Shown piece after piece: positions 1 to 12,453 of a DNA stretch of 64,000 nucleotides. The notes beneath the pieces were generated by a model. That model searched no databases. It was not told where the DNA came from and was given only the letters and a program-made list of their open reading frames with translations. How positions within the stretch are numbered: position 1 is the first letter of the stretch; each line of letters begins with the position of its first letter. The DNA is from an uncultured Chloroflexia bacterium (lineage in GTDB: Bacteria; Chloroflexota; Anaerolineae; CG2-30-64-16), in contig CAWEMM010000002.1 of assembly GCA_963810095.1 (NCBI GenBank), positions 64,001 through 128,000 of the forward strand, given 5' to 3'. A program made the translations under genes and the position numbers.

Positions 1-629
1 GCCTGGAGCTGCAGCAGGTCGAACGTGCCGCCTTGGGCATAGAGCACCAGGATGGCGACCAGCATCAGCGCGCTGGCGGCGAACGTGTACAGGAAGAACT
101 TGAGCGCGGCATAGATGCGCCATGACATCGTGCGCCCGAGGAAGGTATACGTGCCGTGTGCGTCGCCCCAGCCGCCAATCAGGAAGTACATGGGGATCAG
201 CGTGAGCTCCCAGAAGACGTAGAACAACACCAGGTCGAGCGAGACGAACACGCCGATCATCCCCGCTTCGAGCGCCAGGATGAGGAACAGGTAGGTTTTG
301 ACCTGTTTGTCGACGCCTTCCCACGAGAAGAGGATGACCAAGGCCGTGATGAGCGTGGTCAGCAGCACGAGAAACAGGCTCAGTCCGTCGACGCCGACGA
401 AATACTGGATGTTGAACTGGGGCACCCAGGGCAGCCGTTCGACAAACTGCATGCCCGGCTCGCCCGTCTTCCACCATGCAAAGAGCAAGCAGGATACGGC
501 GAACGTGAGCAGGCTGACTGCCAGCGCAAACCATTTAGGCGCGCGCTTGCCGGGCAGGAGCAGCAGCACCAGCCCGCCCACCAGTGGGAGGAAGGTGATA
601 ATGGATAGCAACGGGATATTGAGGTTCAT
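1..629 (-). CDS. nuoM: NADH-quinone oxidoreductase subunit M (5' part; runs off window)
   Basis: Manual translation from ATG at 629: MNLNIPLLSIITFLPLVGG...VGVDGLSL...LDLVLFYVFWELTLIPMYFLIGGWG...YAALKFFLYT; follows nuoL. Confidence 0.93.
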   Translation of the reverse strand, partial: MNLNIPLLSIITFLPLVGGLVLLLLPGKRAPKWFALAVSLLTFAVSCLLFAWWKTGEPGMQFVERLPWVPQFNIQYFVGVDGLSLFLVLLTTLITALVILFSWEGVDKQVKTYLFLILALEAGMIGVFVSLDLVLFYVFWELTLIPMYFLIGGWGDAHGTYTFLGRTMSWRIYAALKFFLYTFAASALMLVAILVLYAQGGTFDLLQLQ

Positions 630-677
630 AACCGCTCGTTTCGCTTGGGTCGCCAGGCCGAATGGTCGCCCGATCGA

Positions 678-2576
678 CTACCGGATAGCCAGCCAGGCCA
701 ACAGTGCCACCGCGCCGAACAGCATCGCCAGCGCGTAGAGCCCCACCATGCCGCTCTGCAGGCGGCGCACCTGCGAACCCAGCCAGCCGGTTGCGCCGGC
801 CAGGCCGTTCACCGCACCGTCGATGCCGCCCCGGTCAAAGACCCGGGCCAGCCAGTCGCCGATCGCCCGCAGCGGGTTGACGATGATCATGTTGTAGAGT
901 TCGTCGACGTAGTACTTGCGGTCCACCCACTCGGCCACGGGGCCGAGCGCGGCGCGGAAGCGCTTGGGCAGGCTCGTGTCGACGATGTAGGCGCGGTAAG
1001 CGAGATAGGCGCCGGCAATCGCAATCAAACCTGATACGGCCAACAGGATCAGCTCGACGACGAGGTTCGGATGAACCGCGGGGGCAGCCGCACCCGCGGC
1101 CTCGAAGGCGGGCTCGAGCGCCGGGTCGATGATTGACAGGCTGGGCAGGCCAAGATAACCGGTCAGGAGCGCGCCGGCAGCCAGGAGGATGAGCGGGATG
1201 GTCATCACCCGGGGCGATTCGTGCGCCGAATTGAACAGCTTCTTGTCCCGCTCCTGGCCCCAGAAGGCCATGAAGAGCATGCGGAACGAATAGACGGCGG
1301 TCATAAAGGCGGTGACCGCACCGACGGCCCACAGCGGGATCGAATACTCAAACGCGTTGAAGAGAATGGCGTCCTTGCTGAAGAAGCCGGACAGCAGCGG
1401 GATGCCCGCGAGTGCGCCCACACCCACAACGAAGGTCCAGTAGGTCGTCGGCATCTTGACGCGCAGGTTGCCCATCTTCCGAATATCCAGCTCGCCGTGC
1501 AGGCCGTGCATCACGCTGCCCGCGCCGAGGAACAGCAGGGCCTTGAAGAACGCGTGCGTGACCAGGTGAAAGATGGCGGCCGGATAGGCGCCGACGCCCA
1601 CTGCGATGAACATAAAGCCGAGCTGCGAGACGGTCGAATAGGCCAGGATGCGCTTCATATCGGTTTGCGCGAGGGCAATGGTGGCTGCGATGAACGCAGT
1701 CGCCACGCCGATCCAGGCCACCCAGTTGCCCGTCGTCGGCGCCAATTCGAACAGCGGGGCCGAACGAGCGATCATGTACACGCCGGCGGTCACCATGGTC
1801 GCGGCATGAATCAGGGCGGAAACCGGTGTCGGACCTTCCATGGCGTCGGGGAGCCAGACGTAGAGGGGGATCTGCGCGCTCTTGCCCGTCGCTGCCAACA
1901 GCATGAGCATAGTGGCTGCGACCACCGCGGCGCTGCCCACGGCCCACACTTGCGGCGCTTTCGCAAACACCTCCGTGAACTGCAGCGAGCCAAGCCCCGT
2001 AAAGATAATCATGATAGCGAGCAGCAGGCCGAAGTCGCCGATGCGGTTGACGATAAAGGCTTTCTTGCCTGCGTCCGCCGCGGAGGGCTTTTCGAACCAG
2101 AAACCGATCAGCAGGTATGAGGCCAGGCCCACGCCTTCCCAGCCGACGAACATCAGCAGGTAGTTGTTCGCCAGGATCAGCGTCAACATCATGAGGATGA
2201 AGAGGTTGAGATAGGCGAAGAAGCGCGGGAAGCGCGGATCGTCGTGCATGTAGCCGGTAGAATAGACGTGGATCAGGAAGCCGACGCCCGTGACCACCAG
2301 GGCCATCACAACCGAGAGCTGGTCGATGAGCAGGGCCGCATCGACCTTGAAGTTGCCGACGAGCATCCACTGCCACAGGAAGACCTGGTGCTTGCGCTCT
2401 TCGCCGGGCAGGCTGAACAACTGTACGGCAACCGCGACGGCCACTGCAAAGCTCAGGAAGACCATGGCCGGCGCGATCCAGCCGACCGCCTTGCGCCCCA
2501 GCCGCCTGCCGAAGAGCGAAATGACCAGCGCGCCCAGCGCCGGAAAAACGAGCATCAACCAGGCATAATCAAGCAT
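678..2576 (-). CDS. nuoL: NADH-quinone oxidoreductase subunit L (standard-length lateral helix)
   Basis: 632 aa; GWEGVGLASYLLIGFW, KSAQIPLYVWLPDAMEGPTPVSALIHAATMV, HAFFKALLFL motifs. Confidence 0.97.
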   Translation of the reverse strand: MLDYAWLMLVFPALGALVISLFGRRLGRKAVGWIAPAMVFLSFAVAVAVAVQLFSLPGEERKHQVFLWQWMLVGNFKVDAALLIDQLSVVMALVVTGVGFLIHVYSTGYMHDDPRFPRFFAYLNLFILMMLTLILANNYLLMFVGWEGVGLASYLLIGFWFEKPSAADAGKKAFIVNRIGDFGLLLAIMIIFTGLGSLQFTEVFAKAPQVWAVGSAAVVAATMLMLLAATGKSAQIPLYVWLPDAMEGPTPVSALIHAATMVTAGVYMIARSAPLFELAPTTGNWVAWIGVATAFIAATIALAQTDMKRILAYSTVSQLGFMFIAVGVGAYPAAIFHLVTHAFFKALLFLGAGSVMHGLHGELDIRKMGNLRVKMPTTYWTFVVGVGALAGIPLLSGFFSKDAILFNAFEYSIPLWAVGAVTAFMTAVYSFRMLFMAFWGQERDKKLFNSAHESPRVMTIPLILLAAGALLTGYLGLPSLSIIDPALEPAFEAAGAAAPAVHPNLVVELILLAVSGLIAIAGAYLAYRAYIVDTSLPKRFRAALGPVAEWVDRKYYVDELYNMIIVNPLRAIGDWLARVFDRGGIDGAVNGLAGATGWLGSQVRRLQSGMVGLYALAMLFGAVALLAWLAIR

Positions 2577-2611
2577 GCTGTCACCTTTCGGGTGTTAGCC
2601 CGACCGCTTCT

Positions 2612-2914
2612 TTATCCCTTCAACAGGTTCATGTCTTCGATGTTGGTCGTATCTTTGTGCCGGATTACGGCCATGACGATCGCCAGGCCGATGGCAACTT
2701 CGGCGGCCGCGACGACCATGACCATCAGCACGAAGATCTGGCCGTGGATCTGGAGGAAATGGCGCGCGAGCGCGGCGAACGTCAGGTTCACCGCGTTGAG
2801 CATCATTTCCACCGACATGAAGATGATCAGCACGTTGCGCCGGAGCAGCACGCCCAGCGCGCCGATGGTAAACAGGACGGCGCTGAGCACCAGGTAGTAG
2901 GTGGTCGGGACCAT
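2612..2914 (-). CDS. nuoK: NADH-quinone oxidoreductase subunit K
   Basis: 100 aa, 3 TM; EMMLNAVN and AAAEVAIGLA motifs. Confidence 0.96.
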   Translation of the reverse strand: MVPTTYYLVLSAVLFTIGALGVLLRRNVLIIFMSVEMMLNAVNLTFAALARHFLQIHGQIFVLMVMVVAAAEVAIGLAIVMAVIRHKDTTNIEDMNLLKG

Positions 2915-2936
2915 AGACGGTTACTCTCTCGTATCT

Positions 2937-2983
2937 GTAGTGGCGACCCATGGTCGCCGCGGGCGAGCGCGGCTCACCCCTGC
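2937..2983. repeat. REP-like double hairpin (GTAG-type)
   Basis: GTAGTGGCGACCCATGGTCGCC followed by GGGCGAGCGCGGCTCACCCCTGC in the nuoJ-nuoK gap; a related half-site GGGCGAGCTATAGCTCGCCCCT lies near 60519. Confidence 0.55.
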
Positions 2984-3003
2984 CAGGCTTGGCGCCACCG
3001 GTT

Positions 3004-3522
3004 TTACTTCTCCGGCGGCCGTGCCAGCACCACCGCGCCGATCATGCCGACCAGCAGCAGCACCGAGGCCAACTCGAACGGCAGGATGTAGTCGGTGTAG
3101 AGCACCGACCCGATGGCTTGCACGGTGCCCATGCCGAACGCGGCCACGTCGCCCGTCTGCGGGTAGAGTTGGCCCGACACGATTCCGTAGCCGACGCCCG
3201 CCAGCAGCAGCAGGCCCAGCACGACGGCCAGGATGCGCGACCAACCCAGGCGCTTCATGAACGGGCGGTTTGGATCGCGGATGTCGTTCAAGTCGCCGCC
3301 GCCCAGGAGCATGACGACGAAGAGGAACAGCACCACGATCGCGCCGGCGTAGACGATGACCTGCACCGCGGCCAGGAACTGTGCCTGGAGCATGACGTAC
3401 ATCGCGGCCAGGGACGCGAAGTTCGTCAGCAAGAACAGGGCGCTGTAGATCGGCCGCCTGCTGACGATCACGCCCACGGCTGCCACGATGGCGATGAGAC
3501 TGAACACGATGAATAAGAACAT
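3004..3522 (-). CDS. nuoJ: NADH-quinone oxidoreductase subunit J
   Basis: Start taken at ATG 3522 (MFLFIVFS); AQFLAAVQVIVYAGAIVVLFLFVVML and PFELASVLLLVGMIGA motifs. Confidence 0.95.
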   Translation of the reverse strand: MFLFIVFSLIAIVAAVGVIVSRRPIYSALFLLTNFASLAAMYVMLQAQFLAAVQVIVYAGAIVVLFLFVVMLLGGGDLNDIRDPNRPFMKRLGWSRILAVVLGLLLLAGVGYGIVSGQLYPQTGDVAAFGMGTVQAIGSVLYTDYILPFELASVLLLVGMIGAVVLARPPEK

Positions 3523-3544
3523 TCCTGCCTCCGGAAAGCCGTTC

Positions 3545-3596
3545 AACACAAAGGCACGAAGACACAACGCCTGATAGAACTTCGTGTCTTTGTGTT
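3545..3596. repeat. CACRRAG-type inverted repeat
   Basis: AACACAAAGGCACGAAG...CTTCGTGTCTTTGTGTT (17-bp arms, 1 mismatch); relatives near 10556, 45207 and 58873. Confidence 0.7.
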
Positions 3597-3616
3597 AAGG
3601 GCTGCCGCTCGTGATG

Positions 3617-4087
3617 CTATTCTGCTCGCACAACCACGTTGGGCTGGGTGGGCTTAAGCAGCTCTTCTTTCGTCCACAGGAACCCTTCGCGGGTGTACGA
3701 AGCCGTCTCGAACTCGTGGCCGAGTACCACTGCCTCGACCGGGCAGGCCGTCTCGCAGTCGCCGCAGTAGATGCAGCGCAGGAGGTTCACTTCCCAGATC
3801 ATGGCGTAGCGTTCGCCCGGGCTCACAGGATGCTCGGGGTCGTTCTCCGCGGCTTCCACGTGAATGGCGTTCGTGGGGCAGGCCGCCTCGCACAACATGC
3901 AACCGATACACCGTTCCAGCCCGTTCTCGTAACGCCGTAGCTCATGCCGTCCCCGAAAGCGCGGGTACATGGGCACAGGCTGTTCGGGATATTGCCACGT
4001 CACCGGGCCCTTTACCAGGTTCTTGAAGGTGATGCCGAAACCCCTGACGATTTCGAAGACACCCCTAAAGGAATCGCTTACAGCCAT
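3617..4087 (-). CDS. nuoI: NADH-quinone oxidoreductase subunit I
   Basis: Two ferredoxin motifs CIGCMLCEAACP and CIYCGDCETACP; TWQYPE; RFRGRH. Confidence 0.96.
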   Translation of the reverse strand: MAVSDSFRGVFEIVRGFGITFKNLVKGPVTWQYPEQPVPMYPRFRGRHELRRYENGLERCIGCMLCEAACPTNAIHVEAAENDPEHPVSPGERYAMIWEVNLLRCIYCGDCETACPVEAVVLGHEFETASYTREGFLWTKEELLKPTQPNVVVRAE

Positions 4088-4109
4088 TACAGCACCTCAA
4101 ACAGTGCGC

Positions 4110-5135
4110 TCAGACGAGCGTCACAATCACGGCAGTCACGGCCAGGTAGACCAGCGCCACCGGGAAGAGCCAGGTCCAGCAGAACTTGAGCAGCTGATCG
4201 TACCGCGGGCGAGGCACAGCGGCGCTCGTCCAGATGAACAGGAAGATCAGGGCAATGACCTTGGCGACGAAGTACAGCGGGCCCAGGAACGGCAGTTGAT
4301 CGACGAACGGGCCGCGCCAGCCGCCGAAGAACACCGACACCGCGACGCCGCAGGCGCCGATAATGTGCAGGTACTCGGTCATGTAGAACAGGGCGAACTT
4401 GATGCTGCCGTACTCCGTCTGGAAGCCGGCCACCAACTCGTTCTCCGTTTCCGGGAAGTCGAACGGCTTGCGGCTGGTTTCGGCCAGCATGGTGATGAAG
4501 AAGAACGGGAACGCGATCCAGATCCACAGCCACAGCCAGATGGGCCGGTTCATTTCGACGATCTGGTTGAGGCTGAGCGTGCCGTAGCCGTCCTTCGTGC
4601 CCAGCGTCGTGGTCAGGACCAGCGCCAGCAGCAGCATGCCCATCGGCAGTTCGTAGGAGAGCATCTGCGCACTGGTGCGCAGCGCGCCGAGCAGCGAGTA
4701 CTTGTTGTTGCTGGCGTAACCGCCCAGGATGACGCCGTAGACGCCCACGCTCGCAACGGCCAACACCCACAGGAATCCGATGTTGACGTCGGCCACCTGC
4801 AGCGAGATCTGCCGGCCGAAGAGCGTAAAGCCGGGCCCCACCGGAACCACCGCAAAGATCAGGAGCGCCGGCGCGATGGCGAGTGCGGGCGCGATCACGT
4901 AAAGCAGCTTGTCGGCGCGGGCGGGGATGATCTCTTCCTTGAAAATCATCTTGAGCGCATCGGCGATAGGGTGACCCAGGCCGAACAGCCAGGCCCGGTT
5001 GGGCCCGATCCGCAGCTGAAAGCGGCCGATGAGCTTGCGCTCGAACCAGGTGGCGTATGCGAACCCGGTGAGCAGGATCACTACCAGGATGATTGACTTG
5101 ATCGCCGGGATCAGAATCAGGGTAATCCAGTCCAT
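4110..5135 (-). CDS. nuoH: NADH-quinone oxidoreductase subunit H
   Basis: ERKLIGRFQLRIGPNR, ADALKMIFKE, AETSRKPFDFPETENELVAGFQTEY motifs. Confidence 0.96.
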   Translation of the reverse strand: MDWITLILIPAIKSIILVVILLTGFAYATWFERKLIGRFQLRIGPNRAWLFGLGHPIADALKMIFKEEIIPARADKLLYVIAPALAIAPALLIFAVVPVGPGFTLFGRQISLQVADVNIGFLWVLAVASVGVYGVILGGYASNNKYSLLGALRTSAQMLSYELPMGMLLLALVLTTTLGTKDGYGTLSLNQIVEMNRPIWLWLWIWIAFPFFFITMLAETSRKPFDFPETENELVAGFQTEYGSIKFALFYMTEYLHIIGACGVAVSVFFGGWRGPFVDQLPFLGPLYFVAKVIALIFLFIWTSAAVPRPRYDQLLKFCWTWLFPVALVYLAVTAVIVTLV

Positions 5136-5139
5136 GCCG

Positions 5140-7876
5140 CTACTCCGACGCCAAGCTGGCGAGTGGTGCGTGGTCGGCCGCTGTCACAGCGGGTGAAAGG
5201 GCTACGGAGACGCTCTCTCCGCGGCCGGCGCCGAGGGTTTCTGCGGGAAGCCCGGGCAACCCGAACGGGATCCAGGCCGTACCCGCCTGCACGGAAGCAT
5301 CGGCGCGCAGCGCAACGCTGACGCTGCCCAGCGCGGAGGTGATCGTCACCTGGCTGCCTTCAGCCAACCGCACTGCAGCGAGGTCACCCGGGTTCAGGGC
5401 CACGAACGGCGCCGGCAGCCGGTCACGCAGCTGGGCTGCGGCGTGCTGCATGAGCGTTCCGCCGTCCCACAGCCACGGACCGCCGGTTAGTGTGAACTGC
5501 CCGGCTGGCGCGGCTGCGACCGGCTGCACGTCGAGCGGCTCGAACCGCCGCGGGGGGCGAACCAGCGCGCTCGCCGGCCATTGCAGGCCCTGATCGGTCA
5601 GGTTCTCCCAACGCAGCGCGCCGTAGACGGGCACGGCCTTGCTGATCTCTTCCAGCACGGCCTGGGCCGTCTGGTAGCTCCACGGCTTCGGCGCGGGCGC
5701 GCCCTTGGCGGCCGTTCGCGCGCGTTTCTTGCGCTTCCAGTCGGGCACACCGTCGGCCGGAGCCTGCGGACAGCGTGCGCCGTGGCCTGCACGGCGATCC
5801 AGCGCTCCGCGAGCAGCGTCATCACGGCCCAGCCGGGCAGGGAGTTCTGGATCGAATCGATGGCGTCGGGCGCGCGCTGCACCCTTCGCTCGAGGTTGGT
5901 ATACGTGCCGTTCGTCTCGGCCCAGGTCGTTGCGGGCAGGACGACGTGCGCCAGTTTCGCGGTCTCGGTGAGGAACAGGTCTTGCACGACGAGAAAGTCG
6001 AGCTGACGCAACGCCTCGGCCGTCTTCGGCGACGCTGCCGGGTCGGCTTCCATTACGAACAGCCCGCGCACGCCGCCGTCCAGCATCTGCTGGTACGTCT
6101 GGCCCGGCTCGGCCGGCGGCTGCACGCCCCACAGCTTGCCCAAGCCGGTCGCGCACGCCGGCCTCGCCCACCGGCAGGTGGCCCGGCAAGCTATCGGCCA
6201 CGACGCCCATGTCGCGCAGGCCCTGCCCGTTCGCCTCGTGCCCGACGTAGGCGAGCTTGTCGCCCGCGCCGAGCAGCACCGCCACGTTACCCAGGGCCGC
6301 CAGGGTTTGCCGGCCGCGCTCGCCCCGGGCCGCGTCGGGCCCGTAGATGAAGAGCGGCGCCTTGGCGGCGAGCAAGGTATCGACCGCCGCGGCGATGTCG
6401 GGCCGTGGCGCGCAGCGTCAGCGCCACCGCGCCCGCGGGCTGAGCCGGCCGGCTCGTCGCGGCGGGCTGGGGTCTAGGTCCGCGGGCCGCGCCCGGCTCG
6501 GGCTTCTGAGCCTGTGCCTGGCTGGCTTTCTTCGTCTGCAGGGCCGCGGCCAGCTCGCTCAACGCCAGTGCTTCGTCGCCGGGCCGGGCTGAGATGAAAA
6601 CGCTGCCGCTCACCCGCGGGTCGTCGACATAGCGTGCCGCCTCGATCTTGCGAGGGTTGATGATGACCAGTTTCGCGCTCTTGCGGCGCACCGCCCGCTT
6701 GATATGCAGATCGAGCACCGGTGCGGCCTCGCTGGGGTCGAACCCTACGAGCACAATCACGTCGCTCTTGGCGATGTCGGCGATGGCGGGCAGCCCGGTT
6801 GGCAGCGCCGCCACCGACGCGCCCTCGGAGAAGTCCACGTTGTTCGTGCCCACGAGGGTGCGGAAGAATTTCTGGAGCAGGTAGCCCGACTCGTTCGAGA
6901 CGCGGCCGGCCGCAATGCCGCCTACGGCGTTGGGCCCCTTCTGTTCTGCGAGCGCTTCAAAGCCTTCGACGACTGCCGCAATCGCTTCCTGCCAGGTGGC
7001 CTCGCGCAGTTGGCCGCCTTGCCGGATCATCGGCGACTTCAGGCGCCCCGGATGGTCCACGTGCTGGTGCAGGAACCGGCCCTTGTCGCAGATCCACTCG
7101 TCGTTGACGGCCATGTTCTCGCGTGCGACGATCCGGCGCAGCGTGTGCACACGTTCGTCAAGCCGTACGTTGCAGCCGACCGGGCAGTGCGTGCAGACAC
7201 TTGGCGTCCGGCGCAGCTCCCACGGCCGGTAGCGGAAACGGGCCACCCGGTTGGTCAGCGCGCCCACGGGGCAGATGTCGATGATGCTGCCCGACGTCTT
7301 CGCATCGACCGGCTTGCCGGGGAACACGTCGATGATCGTCTCGCCCCCGCGCTCGAACAGGCCGATCTGGGGCTTATCTTCCCACTCTTCCAGGTAACGG
7401 ATGCAGCGCCAGCACAGAATGCAGCGCTCCTGGTCCAACATGATCAGGTCGCTGATCGGGTAGTGCTTCTGCTTGCGCCGCTTGACCTCTACGAACTTGC
7501 TCGCGCCGGGACCGTACTCCATCGTATTGTCCTGTAGCGGGCACTCGCCGCCCTTGTCGCAAATGGGGCAGTCGAGCGGGTGATTGATCAGGATGAAGCC
7601 CAGCACGGCTTCGCGCGCCTGCTGGACCTGCTCGCTGTCCGTCCGGACCGCCATCCCCTCGTTGACGCGCACGGTGCAGGCGGTGTCGAGGCGGCTGCCG
7701 CGCGGGCCCGGAAACTCGACCAGGCACATGCGGCACGCACCGAGCGGGTCCAGCTTAGGATGCGAGCAGAAGATCGGGATGTCGACGCCGGCGGCTTTGG
7801 CCGCGTCGATCACCAGCGTCCCTGCCGGGACCTGGACCTTGATGTCATTGATGGTCACGTTGACCAAATCAGCCAT
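5140..7876 (-). CDS. nuoG: NADH-quinone oxidoreductase subunit G (split by about 3 frameshifts)
   Basis: ORF 6287-7876 has CSHP..ACRMC, HPLDCPICDKGGECPLQ, CILCWRCIR, CTHCPVGC..WICDKGR Fe-S motifs; the molybdopterin-oxidoreductase-like C-terminus continues in ORFs 5140-6375 and 5598-6143 (VQDLFLTETAKLAHVVLPA..GTYTNLERRVQ). Confidence 0.92.
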
Positions 7877-7916
7877 AGAAAACCTCAGTTGCTCAATGCG
7901 CTAGCGTTTGCACTGG

Positions 7917-8318
7917 CTAGTACGGTTGAATCACCTGTAAGCCGGAAACCGGTTCGAAATGACGCACGTTGCGCGTGTACACGACGAGGTCATGTTCGAT
8001 AGCCGTAGCCGCGATGAGGGCGTCCGGTATGGCAAGGCCGTGGCCCAGGAACAGCGCCTCGATGAGACGGTATGCGGTCTGAGATGCCGGGCCACTAACC
8101 GGCAGCACCATCACCTCATTCAGCATCCGTTGAACCTGGCGCAACTCGCCCGTAGCGCGGCATCCCCGGATGAGCTCCATGGCGGAAATGATGCTGATGC
8201 GGACGGCATCGGCAGCATATCGCTCGGTCAGGAACTGCTTTGCTTCTGCGACGCCACGGGCGCTGTCTACCAGGACGTCAGTGTCGATCAGTCCTGCCGG
8301 TCTGAGCGTGTCTCCCAT
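7917..8318 (-). CDS. PIN-domain (VapC-like) toxin
   Basis: LIDTDVLVD, ISAMELIRG, IPDALIAATA, TRNVRHF acidic PIN motifs; start overlaps 3' end of upstream small ORF. Confidence 0.9.
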   Translation of the reverse strand: MGDTLRPAGLIDTDVLVDSARGVAEAKQFLTERYAADAVRISIISAMELIRGCRATGELRQVQRMLNEVMVLPVSGPASQTAYRLIEALFLGHGLAIPDALIAATAIEHDLVVYTRNVRHFEPVSGLQVIQPY

Positions 8319-8548
8319 TTGACTCTTTCCTCGCGAACCCATGCCGCCCCGTCGCGCATATCGGTTCGATCGGCCCACATGCCGAAGAACGCCAGATTTG
8401 AGAACGCCTCGCCGGCTTCGCGCTGAGATCGCTCTGCATCTTCGACCGTTTCGACCCGCACGTAAACCTCAGTGCCGTCCGGATAACCCAGGTTCTTCGG
8501 AAAGATGATGCTCTTGCCTTTGATCTTCCCTCGCTCTATCGCCGTCAT
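8288..8548 (-). CDS. Putative antitoxin partner of the PIN toxin
   Basis: 86 aa; N-terminal beta-rich segment (GKIKGKSIIFP...PDGTEVYVRV) and FFGMWADR tail; overlaps the PIN gene; GGAGAG RBS upstream. Confidence 0.75.
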   Translation of the reverse strand: MTAIERGKIKGKSIIFPKNLGYPDGTEVYVRVETVEDAERSQREAGEAFSNLAFFGMWADRTDMRDGAAWVREERVKWETRSDRQD

Positions 8549-8580
8549 CGCTCGCTCTCCCTACCACTCCACACCGGTCC

Positions 8581-10521
8581 TTATCGCTTCACCGTCGGCT
8601 GGTTGAACTTCTCTTCCTGGGGCAGCGCCGGCGACGTCACGCCCGACGGCACGCCGGGATCGGGCCGGTAGACCGGCCGGATCGGGATGACGGGCTGCTG
8701 GTGGGCGCCGGCAATCGCCTGTTCGAACTCGGGCCGGAACTTGGCCAGGTTACTCTGCAGGCCCCAGACCGCCGCGAACGAGAACGGGCAGAAGCTCTTG
8801 CCGGCGATCATATCCGCGATGTAGAGCATCAGCCCGATGTCGTCGGTCTTGCCCTCGCCGCGCTCCACCCGCTCCAGGATATCCTCCAGCCAGCCCGTGC
8901 CCTCGCGACACGGCGTGCACTTGCCGCAGCTCTCTTCCCGGTAGAACGACAAGGTCCGCCGGGCCACTTCCACCATGCTCTGGTTCTTGCCGATGACGAT
9001 GACCGCGGCCGCGCCCAGGCTCGAGCCCTGCTTGGCGACGGCGTCGAAGTCCATCGGCGTATCGATCTGGTTCTCGTCAAGCAACTGCATGGACAGGCCA
9101 CCCGGCACCACCGCCTTCAGGCCCTCGGCCTCATCCGTCAGGCCACCGCCCCACTCGTAAATCAGCTCGCGCAGTGTGACGCCGTGCGGCAGTTCATACA
9201 GGCCGGGCTTCTGCACCTGTCCGCTCACGCAGTAGATGCGGAAGCCGGTGCTGTTGGGGGTGCCCCACTGCTTGTACCAGTCCGCGCCGCTCTTCAGCAC
9301 GTGCGGCACGTTGCTGATGGTCTCGACGTTGTTGACGATGGTCGGCTTGCTGTACAGGCCGGCGACCGCGGGGAAGGGCGGCTTGAGCCGCGGATGGCCG
9401 CGGTAGCCTTCGAGCGAGGTCAACTCCGCGGTCTCTTCGCCGCACTCGTATGCGCCCGCGCCCCGGTGCACCACGATCTTGAGCTTCTTTCCGGTCCCGC
9501 CCGCGCCGCGGTCGGCGAATAGGTTGTCGCCCAGGATGCCGCGGGCCTCGGCCTCCGCGATGGCGCCCATCAGGCGCTCGGCCGCAAAGTAATACTCGCC
9601 GCGCACGTAGATGAACGCGCGCTCGGCCTCGATCGCATAGCACGCCAGGATGATCCCCTCGAGGAGCTGGTGGGGGTCGTATTCCATGATCATGCGGTCT
9701 TTGAACGTGCCCGGCTCGGACTCGTCCGCGTTGACGACCAGGTAGCGGGGGTACACGCCCTGCGGGATGAAGCTCCACTTTTGCCCTGCGGAGAAGCCGG
9801 CGCCGCCGCGCCCGCGCACGTTCGCCGCCTTCATCTCGTCGATGACCTGGGCCGGCGTCTTGCCGCCGCTGAGCACCGCCCGAGCGGTCTCGTAGCCGCC
9901 GTCCTCGAGGTAGGAGTCGAGCGTGTGCGAGTTCGGTTTGTCCACCCGCCCCAGCAGGAAGTTCGTGTCGGGCCGGCCACCATGCCGGTAGGGACCGGTG
10001 GGCCAGCGCTCCGTCGTGTCAAACCCCTGGCCCGAGCCGATCAGCGCCAGCGCCTCGTCCAGCTTTTCGGGCGTGTCCAGTTCCTCGAAGTACCGGATCT
10101 TCTGCGTCTTCTTCTCGGTGCACATGAACATGGGCGCGGTCGCGCAGGCGCCCAGGCATTCGACGTGGCCTAGCGTGAACTTGCCGTCCGGGGTGGTTTC
10201 CCCGAAGGGAATCCCGAGCCGCTCCTCGAGCATCTTCGTGAGCTTGCTCGACCCGCGCAGCATGCACGGGACGTTGTCGCAGACTTCGATCGTGTATTCG
10301 CCCGGCTCGTGATGGACGTTATACATATGGTAGAAGCTGGCGAATTCGCCCACTTCCGCCTCGTCCAGCCCAAAGAGCGCGCCCACCTCGGCCATGACCC
10401 CCGACGGCAGCCAGCCGTTCTCCCGCTGGGCGACGTAAAGTGCCGGCCCCAGCGCGGAGCGGGGAACGGGATAACGGGCCTGAAGCGCCCGGATTTCAGC
10501 AATAGCGTTTTCCGATAGCAC
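8581..10521 (-). CDS. nuoEF: Fused NADH-quinone oxidoreductase subunits E and F
   Basis: N-terminal NuoE (CDNVPC..CLGAC) joined in frame to NuoF (RGRGGAGF, VNADESEPGTFKDR, GAGAYECGEETA, CGKCTPCREG..CPF). Confidence 0.94.
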   Translation of the reverse strand: MLSENAIAEIRALQARYPVPRSALGPALYVAQRENGWLPSGVMAEVGALFGLDEAEVGEFASFYHMYNVHHEPGEYTIEVCDNVPCMLRGSSKLTKMLEERLGIPFGETTPDGKFTLGHVECLGACATAPMFMCTEKKTQKIRYFEELDTPEKLDEALALIGSGQGFDTTERWPTGPYRHGGRPDTNFLLGRVDKPNSHTLDSYLEDGGYETARAVLSGGKTPAQVIDEMKAANVRGRGGAGFSAGQKWSFIPQGVYPRYLVVNADESEPGTFKDRMIMEYDPHQLLEGIILACYAIEAERAFIYVRGEYYFAAERLMGAIAEAEARGILGDNLFADRGAGGTGKKLKIVVHRGAGAYECGEETAELTSLEGYRGHPRLKPPFPAVAGLYSKPTIVNNVETISNVPHVLKSGADWYKQWGTPNSTGFRIYCVSGQVQKPGLYELPHGVTLRELIYEWGGGLTDEAEGLKAVVPGGLSMQLLDENQIDTPMDFDAVAKQGSSLGAAAVIVIGKNQSMVEVARRTLSFYREESCGKCTPCREGTGWLEDILERVERGEGKTDDIGLMLYIADMIAGKSFCPFSFAAVWGLQSNLAKFRPEFEQAIAGAHQQPVIPIRPVYRPDPGVPSGVTSPALPQEEKFNQPTVKR

Positions 10522-10555
10522 GTAGTCCTCCGTGGGACCGGGGTCAGCTTACATG

Positions 10556-10615
10556 AAGAACCAAAGAACTCACTCGGCACGAAGGTTTGCGGACTTCGTG
10601 AACCTCTGGTTCTTT
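10556..10615. repeat. Imperfect inverted repeat, CACGAAG type
   Basis: AAGAACCAAAG..CACGAAG...CTTCGTG..CTCTGGTTCTT between nuoCD and nuoEF. Confidence 0.5.
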
Positions 10616-10638
10616 GATGCTTCCTGTAGAAGCGGCCC

Positions 10639-12450
<1,812 letters not shown>

Positions 12451-12453
12451 GCT

